A stretch of 64,000 bases of DNA from the human T2T-CHM13v2.0 reference genome, Homo sapiens (GCF_009914755.1 NC_060931.1); one strand, 5' to 3'; shown: positions 43,971 through 58,055, counted from the first letter of the stretch. Notes: generated by a model from the sequence alone, not told the origin. Made by a program: numbers and translations.

Positions 43971-45265
43971 TTAAATAGCCCCAGCAAGTCCGCAGACGCT
44001 GGAGTTGTGGTCCATCTGTTTTTGTTTCTCTCATTGACTTGCAATTGGGATACCAACAAGAAATCTGATATTACTCCATGTGAAGGACGATGCATCCAAT
44101 TTCTATGTGGTTTTATAGGAGCCTAGTTCAATAAAGCTGTAGTGAATGCTTAAAATGAAGCAGTGGGTATGGCTTAAACAATTTGGACTTTGGAGACATT
44201 AGGCTTCAAAACCAAACTTGCATTTAAATCCCTGTTTTACAACTCACAAATTCCATGAAACTGTTTTACTATCAGAAAAATGGGTGAATATTTATGAAAT
44301 GATCTTTGTATAACTGTGGTCAAAGTATGCATTAGCATGTGTATTCTTCTCTTTCTCTAAGCTTTTACTCAACACCTTGAGGACAGAGAATGCAAAACTA
44401 TATAAGATCAGGAATACAGGAAGATAACACACGGCAAGAGGAACTTTGAATATGACTTTAAAACATTTTACACCCAAGAAAATATCAATGCTTATAAAAT
44501 TAAATAAAAACTGTATATAGAGATGAATAAGAATATATATTTAGATAATACATTTTAGATAAAAATGTATATCTCTAGGCATTGTTCATTACCATTCTCA
44601 TTGTACTAATTAAAATTCTAAATATTATTTGGAGGGGTTAATATTTCTGTATCAACCAAATTCTAAGAATTTTTTAGTATTACATTGAATGTTTGATAGG
44701 AATTTATTTCTAGAGTTTAAAAATGAGCTAGCAAACTCAACTTGTATTGTACTAGCAATAGTACACTTACTAAATTATTATAATTACATATTGCAATCCT
44801 TATAATCTATTTGTTTCTTTAAAATTATTATATGAAGGTCTCCCATATTTATCACACGAGTATCTGATATAAATGTGTGTGTTGGGGGGTATGTAAAATA
44901 TACAACTTTCATTTGACTTGTATTTTGGATTTTGTTCTTTTGTTTTTGCAATGGCTATATCTTAATTTCATCATATATCATAATTGAAATTGGTTTGCAA
45001 ATTTTCTTCAAAGTTATATATCTTCATTTACTATACACATGATCAAATGTGAATTAGGATGCTTAATGCATAGTATATCAGCTTAATATGCCATGTTTCA
45101 AATTGTACATTCATATCCTTTGAAAAATGTTTAAGATTAAACACATTTTTAAAATCATCATTATTATTATAAGATAATCTTAAGGGATTGTATGTCATGT
45201 CTAAAAACAGTAGAAAATTATACAAAAAGTCATCTAAATCAATAATGTACACAGTATTTACTTAC

Positions 45266-45756
45266 TGTATAAGTTTCCTATTGCTGTTATAACAAAATTA
45301 CCAGAAACTCAGCAGCCTAAAACAACACAAAGTCACTGCCCTGCAGTTTTGGAGTCAAAACTTGGCTCCAAATGGGTCTCACTTGGCTAAAATCAAATTA
45401 GCAGCAAGATTGCATTGCTTTTGGAGGCCTTAGAGCGGAACCTGTGTTCTCACCTTTTTCATCTTTTAGAGGCTGTTTTCTGCATTCCTTGGCTCATGGC
45501 CCCTTCCATCTTCAAAGCCAGCAATGACAAGTTGAGTCTTTCTCAGGTCGCACTACTGACTCTTCTGCCTCCCTCTTCCATATCTGAGACACAACCGGAT
45601 AATTTAGGATAACCTCCTTATTTTAAGGTCAGTTGATTAGCAGCCTTGATTCCATCTATTACTTTAATTCCTTTTTGACATTTAATATATTATATTCACA
45701 GGTTCTGGTGATTAGAATGTTCACATCTTTGGGAGGCCCTTATTCTGCTTAACACA
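45266..45756 (-). mobile_element. MLT1 (MLT1D-like) solo LTR
   Basis: tgtataagtttcctattgctgttataacaaaattacc...cattccttggctcatggccccttccatcttcaaagccagcaatg...ttctgcttaacaca. Confidence 0.8.
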
Positions 45757-45973
45757 ACTATTTACTGTTGAATTTTATGCCATCTATTCAAGGAACACTG
45801 GTCTACTTTATATATTTTATTCTAATTTAAGCAATATTTGTATGATTAATGTTTTTATGCCTTAAATGTATTTGTAGAATTTTATTAAATTCTTATAGCA
45901 AGTATTTCAGTATTCCAACTTTTTGTTTGTTGTTTATGATTCATCTTATCAATCTACTCTCATCAACCTAGAA

Positions 45974-46145
45974 TACAGTTGCTGGATAAAATACAGGACA
46001 TCCAGTTACATTTTAATTTCAGATAATTATATTTTAGGATGTCACTTTGTATGACACATTTACACAAAATAATTATCCATTGTTTATCTGAAATTAAAAT
46101 TTAACATAACATCTGCATTTCTATTTAATAAGTCTAGCAACCCTA
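45974..46145. mobile_element. MER53 palindromic hAT MITE (degenerate)
   Basis: ggataaaatacaggacatccagtta...aatttcagataa / ttatctgaaattaaaatttaac...tagcaacccta. The 8-bp flanks acctagaa / tcctagga resemble a decayed TSD. Confidence 0.75.
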
Positions 46146-47194
46146 TCCTAGGAAACCCTGAACATTGTTCCTCTGTAGAACTGAAAAAGAATTTGTGGGA
46201 TCATCTGTTAAGACCTCTTATGGAGAACTGAGACCCAAATACAACTGCAGTTGATGTTGGAATGGTTTCAAATAGAAGCAGAAGGTATTTTTTTTCAGAA
46301 TTTTAAATGACTCAAAATAAATATTTGGCCAACAGAAATCAGAAAGAAGCATGCTGCTATTGCATGAAATTAAACTAAGCAAGCTTCTATGATTTCCTGA
46401 CAGAAAGTATGCTTCCAGTAGGATAGCAGCAAGAAAGAGAGCCCTTTGGTATAATACCTGATTACATGGCACCACTTTAAATTAGTGTAATATTCTAAGA
46501 AAGAGAACATGGGAGGCAATTTGAGAAATAAGCCATGATTTAGGAATTCATAGTATAAGTGGACCAAATAGAAAATACTGTTACTTGTATATATCTTACT
46601 TTATCTAAGATATTTAAGATATCTCAAAGTTAATTTCAACTATGGTTGTTTTGCTCCAGAAAATAAATTGTTTATGCTTTTTAATCAAATACTGCAAATA
46701 TATGAATTCTTTTAAAAAAACACATATTTAAAGATTTCTTGACAGACTATGTTATTAGAGTGTGGAGAATAGAAAAAAAAGTCTTATAAACAAATCATGT
46801 TATAACATATCTCTTTCTACTTAGTCATATTACGGTCATAAAAATAATTTTACTTTAAATACAAAACAATTTAGTAATTGATATTAAATAATTGGGCTCA
46901 ATTCCATTAAATCACATGAAAATATGAAACATTTTGTGTCTGTTTAGGGCCAGTTTTACACCAGAAGAGTACAATGCTTATAGGTACTATAGTTACTGCA
47001 GATTTACATAACAAGAATATAAACTTAACATTTCTCAAGTGACCAAATGCATCAGCAAAAAAGTAGGGACAGCAGAGTTTAGAGAATGCCAAAGGGATTT
47101 AGGTTGGTCAGTATGGCAAATGAAGACTCGTCATCTCACTTACCAACAAACGAGTAAGAAGAAGCAGGAGTCTTAGTCAATACTCAAACCAATC

Positions 47195-47355
47195 CTGTGT
47201 GCTGAGCATTGTTTTTATCCCCATTTTACAGACACGAGCTGAGGCTTAGAGTGGGAATATATGCCACGTCACTTAGTACATGCCCAAACCACAATTTGTG
47301 TCAAGCATCCAGTCTCTACATCCATGCTTATAAACACTATACCATGCTGCCTCCA
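47195..47355 (-). mobile_element. MIR remnant
   Basis: ttatccccattttacaga...gctgaggcttagag...aacactataccatgctgcctc. Confidence 0.65.
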
Positions 47356-49468
47356 TGCAATTAAACTGAATGTGATTTAATTGCTCAAGTTGTTATGTTA
47401 AACAGTGTAAAGTTTGTAACTATCACACATTGTGATCAGTTAAAATTGATTATATAAAATATTATGTGTGTTGTGAATATGGCCTTTATTTTTCAAAATA
47501 ATCAAAACTTATTTCAACTTGCACTAATATCTTCATAGAGCTCCTGGATAATGGCATAAGAGTTTGGGGAATTAAGATTCTGGAGAAAAGCACCTGCTTT
47601 TGAAGGTTTCAAGTCTAAGGGAAATAATTATTTTAGATAGATTGCCCCATAGGATTTTCAACCAAAGGAAGAGAACTCGTCACCTATATGGTTTCCATAT
47701 TTGAATTAAGTCTTAAACTATCATGAATTTATTTTTAAGAAAATTACAGCTTTTCTTGTTCCCAATTACAAAAGTACTTTAAAGTGTTGGCTTTTTCTTA
47801 GGTTCCATAGGAAGAGTCAAGAGAAAAAGACATAAAAGGGAACTTAACTGGTTCTTGTCACCAACACTTTACAATTTGTCATGACAGGACTGCTTAGTAG
47901 ACACAATGTCCTTCCCTCTTTTTTAGCCATTGAGGCAGAGCAATTTATGATACTACATTAACTGGCAGTATGAGGAAAACGTGGTAGAAGAGGATAAGGA
48001 ACTCGCTAATGTGAAGCGAAATAAAAAATGAGTTTCTAATAAGAGATTACTTTACACAATAACTTTTCTGGGGTCACATCAGTCTTCCAGCTTGTGGCTT
48101 ATGTATTTCCATAAGAGGAAAAACATTTTGAATGACAAACAAGAAGTAATGATGAGTAGAATGTGCCACAGAAAAGTTAGGTAATGTTCAACTAGCAAAA
48201 TCTGATATACTGAGAGGTATCTGCTGTGGGCTATACTTTTATTTTTGCAAATAGAGAGCAAGAAATTTATAAATTAATGTAAAGTACTGAGTACTGGGCA
48301 TCCTTTTTCTCTTTCTGCCTAAGATAGCTCATAAAACATAAACATATGGTTATCAATAGATACCCCATAGGGCTCTTGGGAAAAGTAATTCGGATTCTGG
48401 ATCATACGTTTGTATCATGCTATGTTGATGTGAATGCAATTGATTAAGGTTTATGAGACCAATAATCCACCTTAAGTATATTTATCTTCTAAAATGCTTC
48501 CTGCATTAATTTGCATCTCTCACTGAATATGCATAATAATCTTCATGTGCATTTGCTTAAAAATTAGGTCATGCCTCTGAGTAGCTGACCATTTCTTATG
48601 TAGCTGGCATTTTTTTTTCTAAAATAAGAGCATCTTAGAATTAAACAGACCCTTAGAGACTACCTAGTCAAGTTCTCATCTTACTTGAGGTAAGAGGACA
48701 AGATTCAGAGAAGATAACTTCCTTAATCAAGTCCACAGATATGTTAATGAGAAAAGAATCTCAATTTCTTGTCTACCAGGCCAATCATTTCCTTTACTTT
48801 TAACTTTAACTCACTTTTTAGAACACATTAACTCAGAATTGGCTTAAAAATGTTTATCCCTTTTTCTTTTCTTTTTATCAATTTCAACAAAAACCTTGTA
48901 CTTGAAAACTAGTTGCAAAGCACTTGGATTGTGGGGCTGGCAAGAAGTGAGAGTTGGGAAGAATGCACAAAAATTATGATGATCTCTTCCTGAGGAATCG
49001 CTGAATGGAAATACAACCATAGTTGCATAAATAACTGAAGAACAACACAGAACACAAATCTGGAAATGTAAAATAATGGACATCCAGATAGAGCACATAT
49101 GTGTTTAGAAGTTGTATTAATAGGGAAGATTTCATGGATTAGTTGATTTCATAAGAAAATTGGTTTCACTGAAATGAAGAGTGGTATAACAAAATGAAAG
49201 TGGTATTAATAAAGTTTGGAAAGTTTGGATTTGAGCTAATAGTCAATAGGAATTAATTTTACTTTAAGAACCCTTAATAGCACCACTGAGAGTACACATA
49301 GCAATTTTTACTGAGTAACTAAATTATCCCTTTAAAAAAGTCTCTTCTACAGAATTCAAGCTCCACGATGGCAGGCCACTTCTGGCTCAAACAGTGCTGT
49401 TAGTATTCAGCAGAATGACGGTGTTAAAACAAAAATGGACTGATTGAGTAACTATAAAAGAAGTGGCA

Positions 49469-49508
49469 GTCTACGGCCATACCACCCTGAACGTGCCTGA
49501 TCTCATCT
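49469..49508 (+). pseudogene. Tailless 5S rRNA retropseudogene (first 40 nt of 5S rRNA)
   Basis: gtctacggccataccaccctgaacgtgcctgatctcatct versus 5S GTCTACGGCCATACCACCCTGAACGCGCCCGATCTCGTCT: three differences, all CpG transitions. 13-bp TSD aaaagaagtg(g/a)ca at 49456-49468 and 49509-49521. Confidence 0.93.
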
Positions 49509-49662
49509 AAAAGAAGTGACAAAGAAGAAGTGTTGTGCAAGAACTTTATGGCAAAAATCTGGAAGTCACTTTCGAGTACAGTGATCAGTGCTTATGTAGC
49601 TAGCAATTTTTTTCTAAAATAAGCATCTTAAAATTAAACAGATTCCACCCAGATGTGGACTA

Positions 49663-50011
49663 GAGATTTGACCTTGGAAGTGAGAAGGAAAAAAATAGAT
49701 CTAGGAGAAATTTCAAACAAACACTATAATTTGTTGACAGAGTCTAAACAGGGTAAAAAGAAGAGAAGTCGGTGTCAACTTCCAAGTCTGGATCTCTGAA
49801 AGACAAAGATAATGTTGACATAGAAAGGAGGAAATAAAATAGACACTGAGCATAACAGAGAAACATAAGGTAGGTTTTAAGCCTGAGACCTATGGACAAA
49901 AGGAGATTTGACCTTGGAAATGAGAAGGAAAAACATAGATCTAGGAGAAATTTCAAACAAACACTGTAATTTGTTGACAGAGTCTAAACAGGGGAAAAAA
50001 GAAGAGAAGTC
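49663..50011 (+). repeat. Direct repeat of about 108 bp, period 240
   Basis: gagatttgaccttggaa...tagatctaggagaaatttcaaacaaacact...gagtctaaacaggg...aagaagagaagtc at 49663-49770 and 49903-50011. Confidence 0.95.
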
Positions 50012-52019
50012 TAAAAAGAAGTTTAACTTCTTTTCTCTAAACTTCTAAAAAGAAGGTTTTATTATTCTAAAAAGAAGTTTAGAGAAAAGAAAATGGTTTA
50101 AATATAAATAACATGATTTGGCATGATAGGAAACATTCAATGAATAGTGACCATTTTAAACATGATACATTTGGGGTTTTAGATAGCTTAATTTCACAAT
50201 TTGGGTTTTGGATTGCTTTCTGATCCCAGTTTTGGATTGTTTTAGTTCACATTTTTGAACACGTAAAAGGGCAGAGATTAAGAAAGCAGTGAGGAAAGCA
50301 CGAATGCAGCTTTTCTAGCAGGAGATATGTGAATGATGAGAATGTCAAGGGAATAGTGCCTGGGAGAAAGTCCAAAATGGGGCAACTTGAACAGAAGGAA
50401 GATGAGATAAAGAAGACAAAGAAACAAAAAGATTCAAAGCAATGTGGTTTCCCAGAGTGCAGGGGAGGGGAAGATATAAAATGAGGACATATCATTAGCA
50501 ATCACCAATCTATGCCTGCGCTATACATAAAAAATATATAAAATAATAAGAGAGGTGGAAACAGGTAATTTGACGGCCTTCTTTGGAGACATGTACGTTA
50601 TAATCCTATGGTAGTGACTCCCTCTACTCATTGCCAGTCTTCTTGCCATCTTCTATACATATTCTTCTTTTGTATTTCGAATGTAATTATTTCGTGCTTT
50701 TTATTGTCAGTTCTTAACAATAAATAGGCAGTGTAACCAAGTGTTCGATAAATTGCCATTTGATTGGACATTTTAGCATGGGGAAAATGTTTTGTTGAAG
50801 AAAGGACAGCACTACAGTGATAAGCTGCCTGCTGATGTAAACACTTTAAGGGTTTATGACAGGCTCACTATCTACCAATACTATTTTCAATTCAATTCAA
50901 TTTGAGTAGATGAGGATTTTAGAGAAAGCAGCTGCCAGGAGAAACATATGACATTTAATCTTATCTGAGAACATGAAATCTTCTGCAGAAGCTATAAGTA
51001 CATACGTGTGTGTAATTTGAGTCTTAGTGTATATTCAAAAAGGTTATAGAGGAAGCTGTATTCTATAGGATTTAAGCCAACAGACAAAAGAAAATACATT
51101 TCTTGGTATTTTTCCCAAGATACACTTGACTGAACAAATAACATAGAGAGTCTAAAATTCCAAGTGAAAACATTCAACTGATTGCAATTTTTGAACTATT
51201 TTTTTTTTCAAAATGGTAACCTTAATTCCTCTTCTAAAATCCCACAAAAACCTACAATTAGTGTGGATGCTATTTGATTGGTTGAAAACTAGTCCCTGTT
51301 AACAGGATTCAAAACACTGCCAAAATACAGAACCCTGCGGATTACCTTATGGACTCAATATATTACTTTAAAAAATGATTTTAAAGAAAAACAACAGAAT
51401 AATTGAAAATTGACTAATTCTGATTTTATATGCAAGGCACTCAAAATTACACAAAACTGAGTTGTGGTAAAGAAAAAAATATTTAGTGAATTTGGTCATG
51501 ACCATGACAAATAGTAAAAATAAAGATTACTCTAAAATTTGCCCAAGCACATTGTAATATAAAATCCATTTAACTTTCAAATTTATATAATAAACTGATT
51601 ATATATTTAAATTGGATGCATCATTTACAAATAATTTGGCTTTTATTTCTAATGAATGTGCCTTTTATTTCAACTATCAAAATTCATTTCCACATTATTT
51701 AGCAGATTTGTTTACTCAAAATCATAATCTACCAGATACTCATGCTGTGTATCTTTACTTTTGCTTTTATCCACACAAATTGATTTTTACCCAATTTTCA
51801 CTATTTTGAGCCCAAATATTCTTCTCCATACTTGTCTAGATGCAGTCATTAGCCATTTAAAAACTGGTTTGCTCTTTTAGTCCAGACCAGAGAGAAAGCT
51901 ATGACTCTTCCTTGAAGTCCAATTGGGTAGAAACCTTGTAGCAGCCCCAAAGAAGGTTGCACATTACAAGCACAATCACATGCCATAAACTGCAAACATC
52001 TCATTTTCCATTGTCTTCT

Positions 52020-52320
52020 GTTCCCAATTCAACTTGAAATGAGTCCTCTCCTTTCCACTTCCACCGCCACATGTCAAACCCCCAATATTTCTTGCCTGGA
52101 TTTCCTCAACAAACTTGTTATTTTATTTTTTCTTATCCACATCCCCTGCAACTCTTCAGACTCTCCACTGGCAGAGAAATTTCCCAAAATATAATGGTAC
52201 TGAGAACATATTCATGCTCAAAAAGGTTAAATATACTCGAATCCCTAGCAAATGAAGTACAAACATGGCATAAATCCCTTCATAAAATGACTCCCAATTA
52301 TCTGACTATCCTTGTTTTAT
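52020..52320 (+). mobile_element. L2 remnant
   Basis: cctctcctttccacttccaccgccac...tttcttgcctggatt...atggcataaatcccttcataaaatgactcc. Confidence 0.5.
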
Positions 52321-53313
52321 AGTAATCATATAATTTTTCGCCCACACTGGAAAATACTTTTTCAGTGGAAAAGGTGTGTTATTAACAAGGAAAAAAGGAA
52401 TATGTGGCCTCCCAGTTCTCCTTGTGGCTATCCTAAACTTAAAACAGGTTTTTGGTCACAGGTTTTACAAACAATGCCCAACTTTCCCTTCTCTGAAAGT
52501 GTAAACCCACTATTTCTATTGTCTAGGAGGCTGTTTGCATCTGTTCCTTTCCCTCTTTTAGGCCTTTTTAAATTCCCACTTCCTTCATGGACAGTTTCTT
52601 CATCCGTTCACCATCCCTGGTCCCAAGACGTCATACTGTGAACTTCACCTCCATTATCTTACTCTGCCTTGACCAGTCACCTCTGTGCTTGGTATTATCC
52701 CCCTGACTTGACCCTTAAAAATCTGATGACTTCTTATTCATTTTTGCATTTTTCTGAATACCAAACAAAGGTTTTTGCATAAAGCAAACATTTAATAAAT
52801 ACTTTTGATGAAATGCCATCATCAGCTATAAGCTGACACTTAAATTGTGGCCATTGAAAAGTATTTATTTAGCAATTGTATTAAACCTAAAGAAGAGGAC
52901 GTTCAAAAAGGATTTTTGTCAACCAAAGATTTTGAGTCATTTTACAAATTCAAAATCATTCATCCATTCCTGCATCAAAGATTTTCTTTAAAAATTTATT
53001 ATATATCAAAAGCCCCTAATATGAAAATGTACCTTTATGTTGTCTTAGAAAAGTTTTTCTTGAGACTTTCATTTAAATTCTTCTGTATGCGATGATTTAT
53101 ACTTGAATAATCTTACATCTCCTGATCCCATTGTATAGAATTAATGAGTTTGAATGTTTTTTTGTTTTGTTTTTCCTGTTGTGTAAAGAATGTACTCATA
53201 TCTCTTGAGTTACCAATTTTAGATAGTATCTATTGGCTACTCACAGAAAAAGATGAGTGATTTAGTGTTTGCACAAGTCCCCTCTCTATTGTCCCTTTTC
53301 ACAGACCTCTCAA

Positions 53314-53611
53314 TTTTTTTTTTTTTTTTGAAACAGAGTCTCACTCTGTCACCCAGGCTGGAGTGCAGTGCGCATAATCTCAGCTCGCTGCAGCCTCCAT
53401 CTCCCAGGTTCAAGTTATTCTCCTGCCTCAGGCTTCAGAGTAGGTGGGATTACAGGCACCTGCAATCATGCCAGGCTAATTTTTGTATTTTTAGTGGAGA
53501 TGCGGTATCGCCAGGTTGGCCAGGCTGGTCTAGAACTCTTGGCCTCAGCGATCTGCCCACCTCGACCTCCCGAAGTGCTGGCATTACAGGCATGAGCCAC
53601 CATGCCCGGCC
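53314..53611 (-). mobile_element. Alu (AluS-like), full length
   Basis: Poly-T head; TSD agacc(t/c)ctcaattttt at 53303-53318 and 53612-53627 followed by aa (TT|AAAA site on the minus strand). Confidence 0.95.
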
Positions 53612-53658
53612 AGACCCCTCAATTTTTAAAATTTATATTACTATTTTTGATTTACAGG

Positions 53659-53739
53659 GTTTGTATAATATTTACATTACTCACATTAGTAGATAATATT
53701 TGTTTGTATAATATTTACATTACTTACATTAGTAGATAA
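53659..53739 (+). repeat. Tandem duplication of 38 bp (period 43)
   Basis: gtttgtataatatttacattact(c/t)acattagtagataa at 53659-53696 and 53702-53739. Confidence 0.92.
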
Positions 53740-54129
53740 ATTAATACTTCTCTATTTTGTTTCTAGATTCCTTCTAACAACGTAATATCAATTCAAAAAG
53801 CAATTACTATATTATGGCTACTAAATATTATTCCCTTCAGATTCATTCAGGTAGCATAACTGGACTTGCAGAAAAGGAGTAAGCATAATTATTAAAATCC
53901 TGGTTTTTAAAGGATTATGGATATATATGAATATATTGTGAATATATTAACCACCAGGGTCTAATATATCCTTTCTCGAGTTAAACAAAAAGTTAAAAAA
54001 AATCCTTCTGGATCATATGTGATTGCCACTGCCTTACTGTCTCATATCTGACATGCCTTTTTTTGGATAATTCATATGTAGATATGTAGGCATCAGATTT
54101 TCTGGGCCATTTACATTTTTAGCCTAACA

Positions 54130-54830
54130 TTGATTGATAGTTTGGTTGGCTATAGAATTTTAAGTTTAAAACACGGTTCCTTCAAGAAAGACTTTGCTCA
54201 ATTCTGTTTAGAATTCAAGGAGGCACATGAGATCTGATGTTCATTCTTTGTAGGTATCTTTTTTTCCCTTCTAAAAGTTCCTAGAATTTTCTGTCAATTA
54301 GTGAAAATTTACTAAGATGTTTGGCCCTTTCCATTTTTTCAATTTTAAGAATTTTCTTTCTTCAGTTGTGAAATCTTCCTTCTGTTTTGTTTTTGTATTT
54401 AGGTTATTTCCATTCTTTGTCTCTGTTTCCTCTTCTAGGATGTTTATTAGATATATATTGGGATCTTGCATTTATGCTCAACATGTCTTAATTTTTCCTC
54501 ATATTTTCCTTTTTTTCACTTTTCTTTCTGGTTCTGACTTTTATTTTGCCCTCTAGATCTCTGCTCTGGTTCTATGTTTCAGCACATCTGTTCAGCTTTT
54601 TATTTTCACATTCATAATTTTAGTTTCTGGGATCATATGCTTATTCCCTGACTGATATTTTCCATAGCCACTTGCATGTGTGTGTATGGGTCTGTGTTCA
54701 ATATTTTCTTGATTCACTCTTAAAATGCTAGTTAAAATTGTTTTTTAAGAACATTTTCTTATATTTCCTGAATTACCTGTGGGATTTTTTTTTTGAGTCA
54801 GTTAATGCTGTTTTGTTTCTTTTTTAGTGT
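54130..54830 (-). mobile_element. Ancient L1 (L1ME-like) remnant
   Basis: gatagtttggttggctatagaatttt...ttctttgtaggtatctttttt, followed by T-rich antisense L1 composition. Confidence 0.5.
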
Positions 54831-56884
54831 TTTAAAATTCTGCTCTGGGTTTTCTGCAGTTAATCCTGCCATCCTTAGCTGTTGATGTAGAATTATAATG
54901 GGAGGACCAGGTTGCATGACAAAGATTACTGGTGGGGTCTGTTTTCTTTGTTTGAGAGGGCTGACTATGAACTTGTGAGTTTAGTGATTGTTTTACCTGG
55001 CTCGCTTCTCTTAAAGATGCATGGATATTGGCAAGCAAGCAGCCTGGAACTTACCCCAGGAGAAACCTGTTCTAAGAGTTGAGAAACTTATATTCTTATC
55101 CTAGGTAGAGCTGTATTTCCTATTCCCCCTGGCCATATCTGAAATAAAATCACTTCCAATCCTGCCCTTTCTCTTTCAGTGCCTTATAGGTACAGAAGTC
55201 CTCTGTCCTCACATAATTCCCATTTTTCAGAGTTCTTTCTTTTAACTGGAACTCTTTCTACATTAAGGTTGGAGCAGAAAGGGGAAGTGAGGAGCCCAGC
55301 TGGCCCATATCTCCTGAAATGCAGTTCTTTAAATATTTCCCTAATGGTCACTCTGATGCCTGCTTCAGGACTTTATGTTGACTTTAGGTTTGGAAATTAT
55401 TTGGGACTTTTATAGTAAGAACCACTTATGCATCTTGGGTTGTGCTTCCCTTCTTTGAATTTCTCCATAAATCAGACCCAACTGGCTTTTACTTTCTGAG
55501 AGTTTCTCAGTTTTACCAAATGTTTGTTCTAACAATATAATGGCTTCCTCTCATTCTCTCTCCCTCTCTTTCTCCTTTCCTTCTAGTCTTCTTTCTTTTT
55601 TAAAATCTCATTATTTTTGTCATTTACTTGTTACCTTAGATGGAGGACATACATGTGTCTTTGTGCCAGCCATTATCTTGAACCAGAAACCAGATTAAAT
55701 TTCTTTTTACATATTTCTTTTAATTATTCAAATAAATCTGTTTCGAATTTATTTTAGATAGCCCGGAATATATATTAATACTTGGTTAAATATTTTTTCC
55801 ACACTTTAAGGTAGGTGGTACTAACCCATATGATACCACATTTAGATTTTTCTTTTACATTTCTCAACATAAAAAATATATATATATGTGGTTACAGCCA
55901 AAAGGAACTGTTTGCTTGCAATCTGTTCTTCCTGGCACCCTGTATGTTCCATGAGAGATAAGCATCTACTGAAGCATAAAAAGTGTCTTACAAAATCATA
56001 GTAAGTAAATCAGTCACTACATTCTGTATTATCAATAGTCCTGGGTGTCATTAAGGTTCTGTCTGTATAGAAAAGATTAGGTTTGTGTATATGATATTCT
56101 CCTAAAGCATTTTAACATAAAGTCATGGTCACTGAAATCTGAAAATATTCACATTTCAGTCTTAATCAAATCTAGTACCTCAGGATTTTTCAATCATATT
56201 CAGAAAGTTCAACCATTTCGATGTGTTAGCTCTAGCTCTAAGTTCCCAGGCTGAATATCCAGTGGTCTAGTTGCATAAATTATTGTAATTTGGGCAGAGA
56301 ATTCAAACTGTTTGTAAACTCAATTTCAATTGAAAAATACCACAATGTCACTAATAATCAACACTTAAATTAAGTAATCTTCAGCCCCACAGCTTCCTCA
56401 GAACCCCCAAAAGTAGGATGTGTAATCTAAAAAGATTCATTGAGCAAATATTTATTTGTGCTATCAAAGAAGATGGCTTCCCCCAAAAGAATTCCTCCAA
56501 ATGTTAAAGTTGGTAATTTTCTGCAGGATTAATATGTAGCACAATCAGAAAAAACAAAAACAAAAACTTATATAAGGCAGCATTCCCTAGGAGAGCCACT
56601 TGGCAGTCCTGCCTGCATGTGCCCTACATGAGAATTCCATGCTTCCTCTGAATCTTCACAAGCATATCATTTAAATTAAGAGCATAAATGAGGCCACATA
56701 AATGCTTTCTTTTCCAGTTTTTTTAAAATTTACTTCCCCCTTCCAGGGCAGATTGCAACAGTCTGGTATAATTGATCTTGTCCACAAAAAATCGACCATA
56801 ATACATTAAATAGTTCTGTAATGTGGCACCGTTAAAAAGGATCTGCTTCAAATGACTGTGAACTGACAAGGAAAGAAAATGTTA

Positions 56885-57190
<306 letters not shown>

Positions 57191-57739
57191 AAGAAAATGG
57201 TATATAGTTTACCAACAGGTAGCCTAAGATAGTTATATGCAGTGATTAACGATTACAAACATACAATGTGGATACTGATAATCATTTTTACTGCCCTCCT
57301 TTAAGGAAATGGAGAAATGTCAGGAGACAAGGTACAGCTGAAAATTTTCCTCCAGTTTGATCTATTCTGCAAATCTCTTCCATCCTTGTCCAGGTTATTG
57401 ACACTATTTCCGCAGGATTTTCAGGCTGTTCTTTTCTCATCTGGACTATTCCTTAGAGCAGGAATTTTATTACTAATCTCCAAACTACCTCTCGAATATT
57501 AGAATTATTCACATTCCAAATTATAATACAAAGATTTCAGCAACTGCTCTCTGATGATATTTTTTTTCTTCCAGTATTGTCTGTTAAATATTTGAAGGCA
57601 GGTACACACTGCCTCAGGAACAACTCTGTCCTCTCTCCAAATGCTCCAGATTCTTCTCTCCCTCACAGCCCTCTTTAACTGCTGTAATCTGTAAGATCTA
57701 CTCTTCGGGCAAGCCTCTATGTTTAAGAAAACACTTTCA

Positions 57740-58055
<316 letters not shown>

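Noticed and set aside
49469-49508. Functional 5S rRNA gene
   Set aside because: Only 40 of about 120 nt are present; it lacks the internal promoter and terminator and is flanked by a TSD.
53253-53696. Alu-derived ORFs (also 21819, 9850, 36366, 57799)
   Set aside because: Typical Alu translation artefacts with no supporting gene structure.
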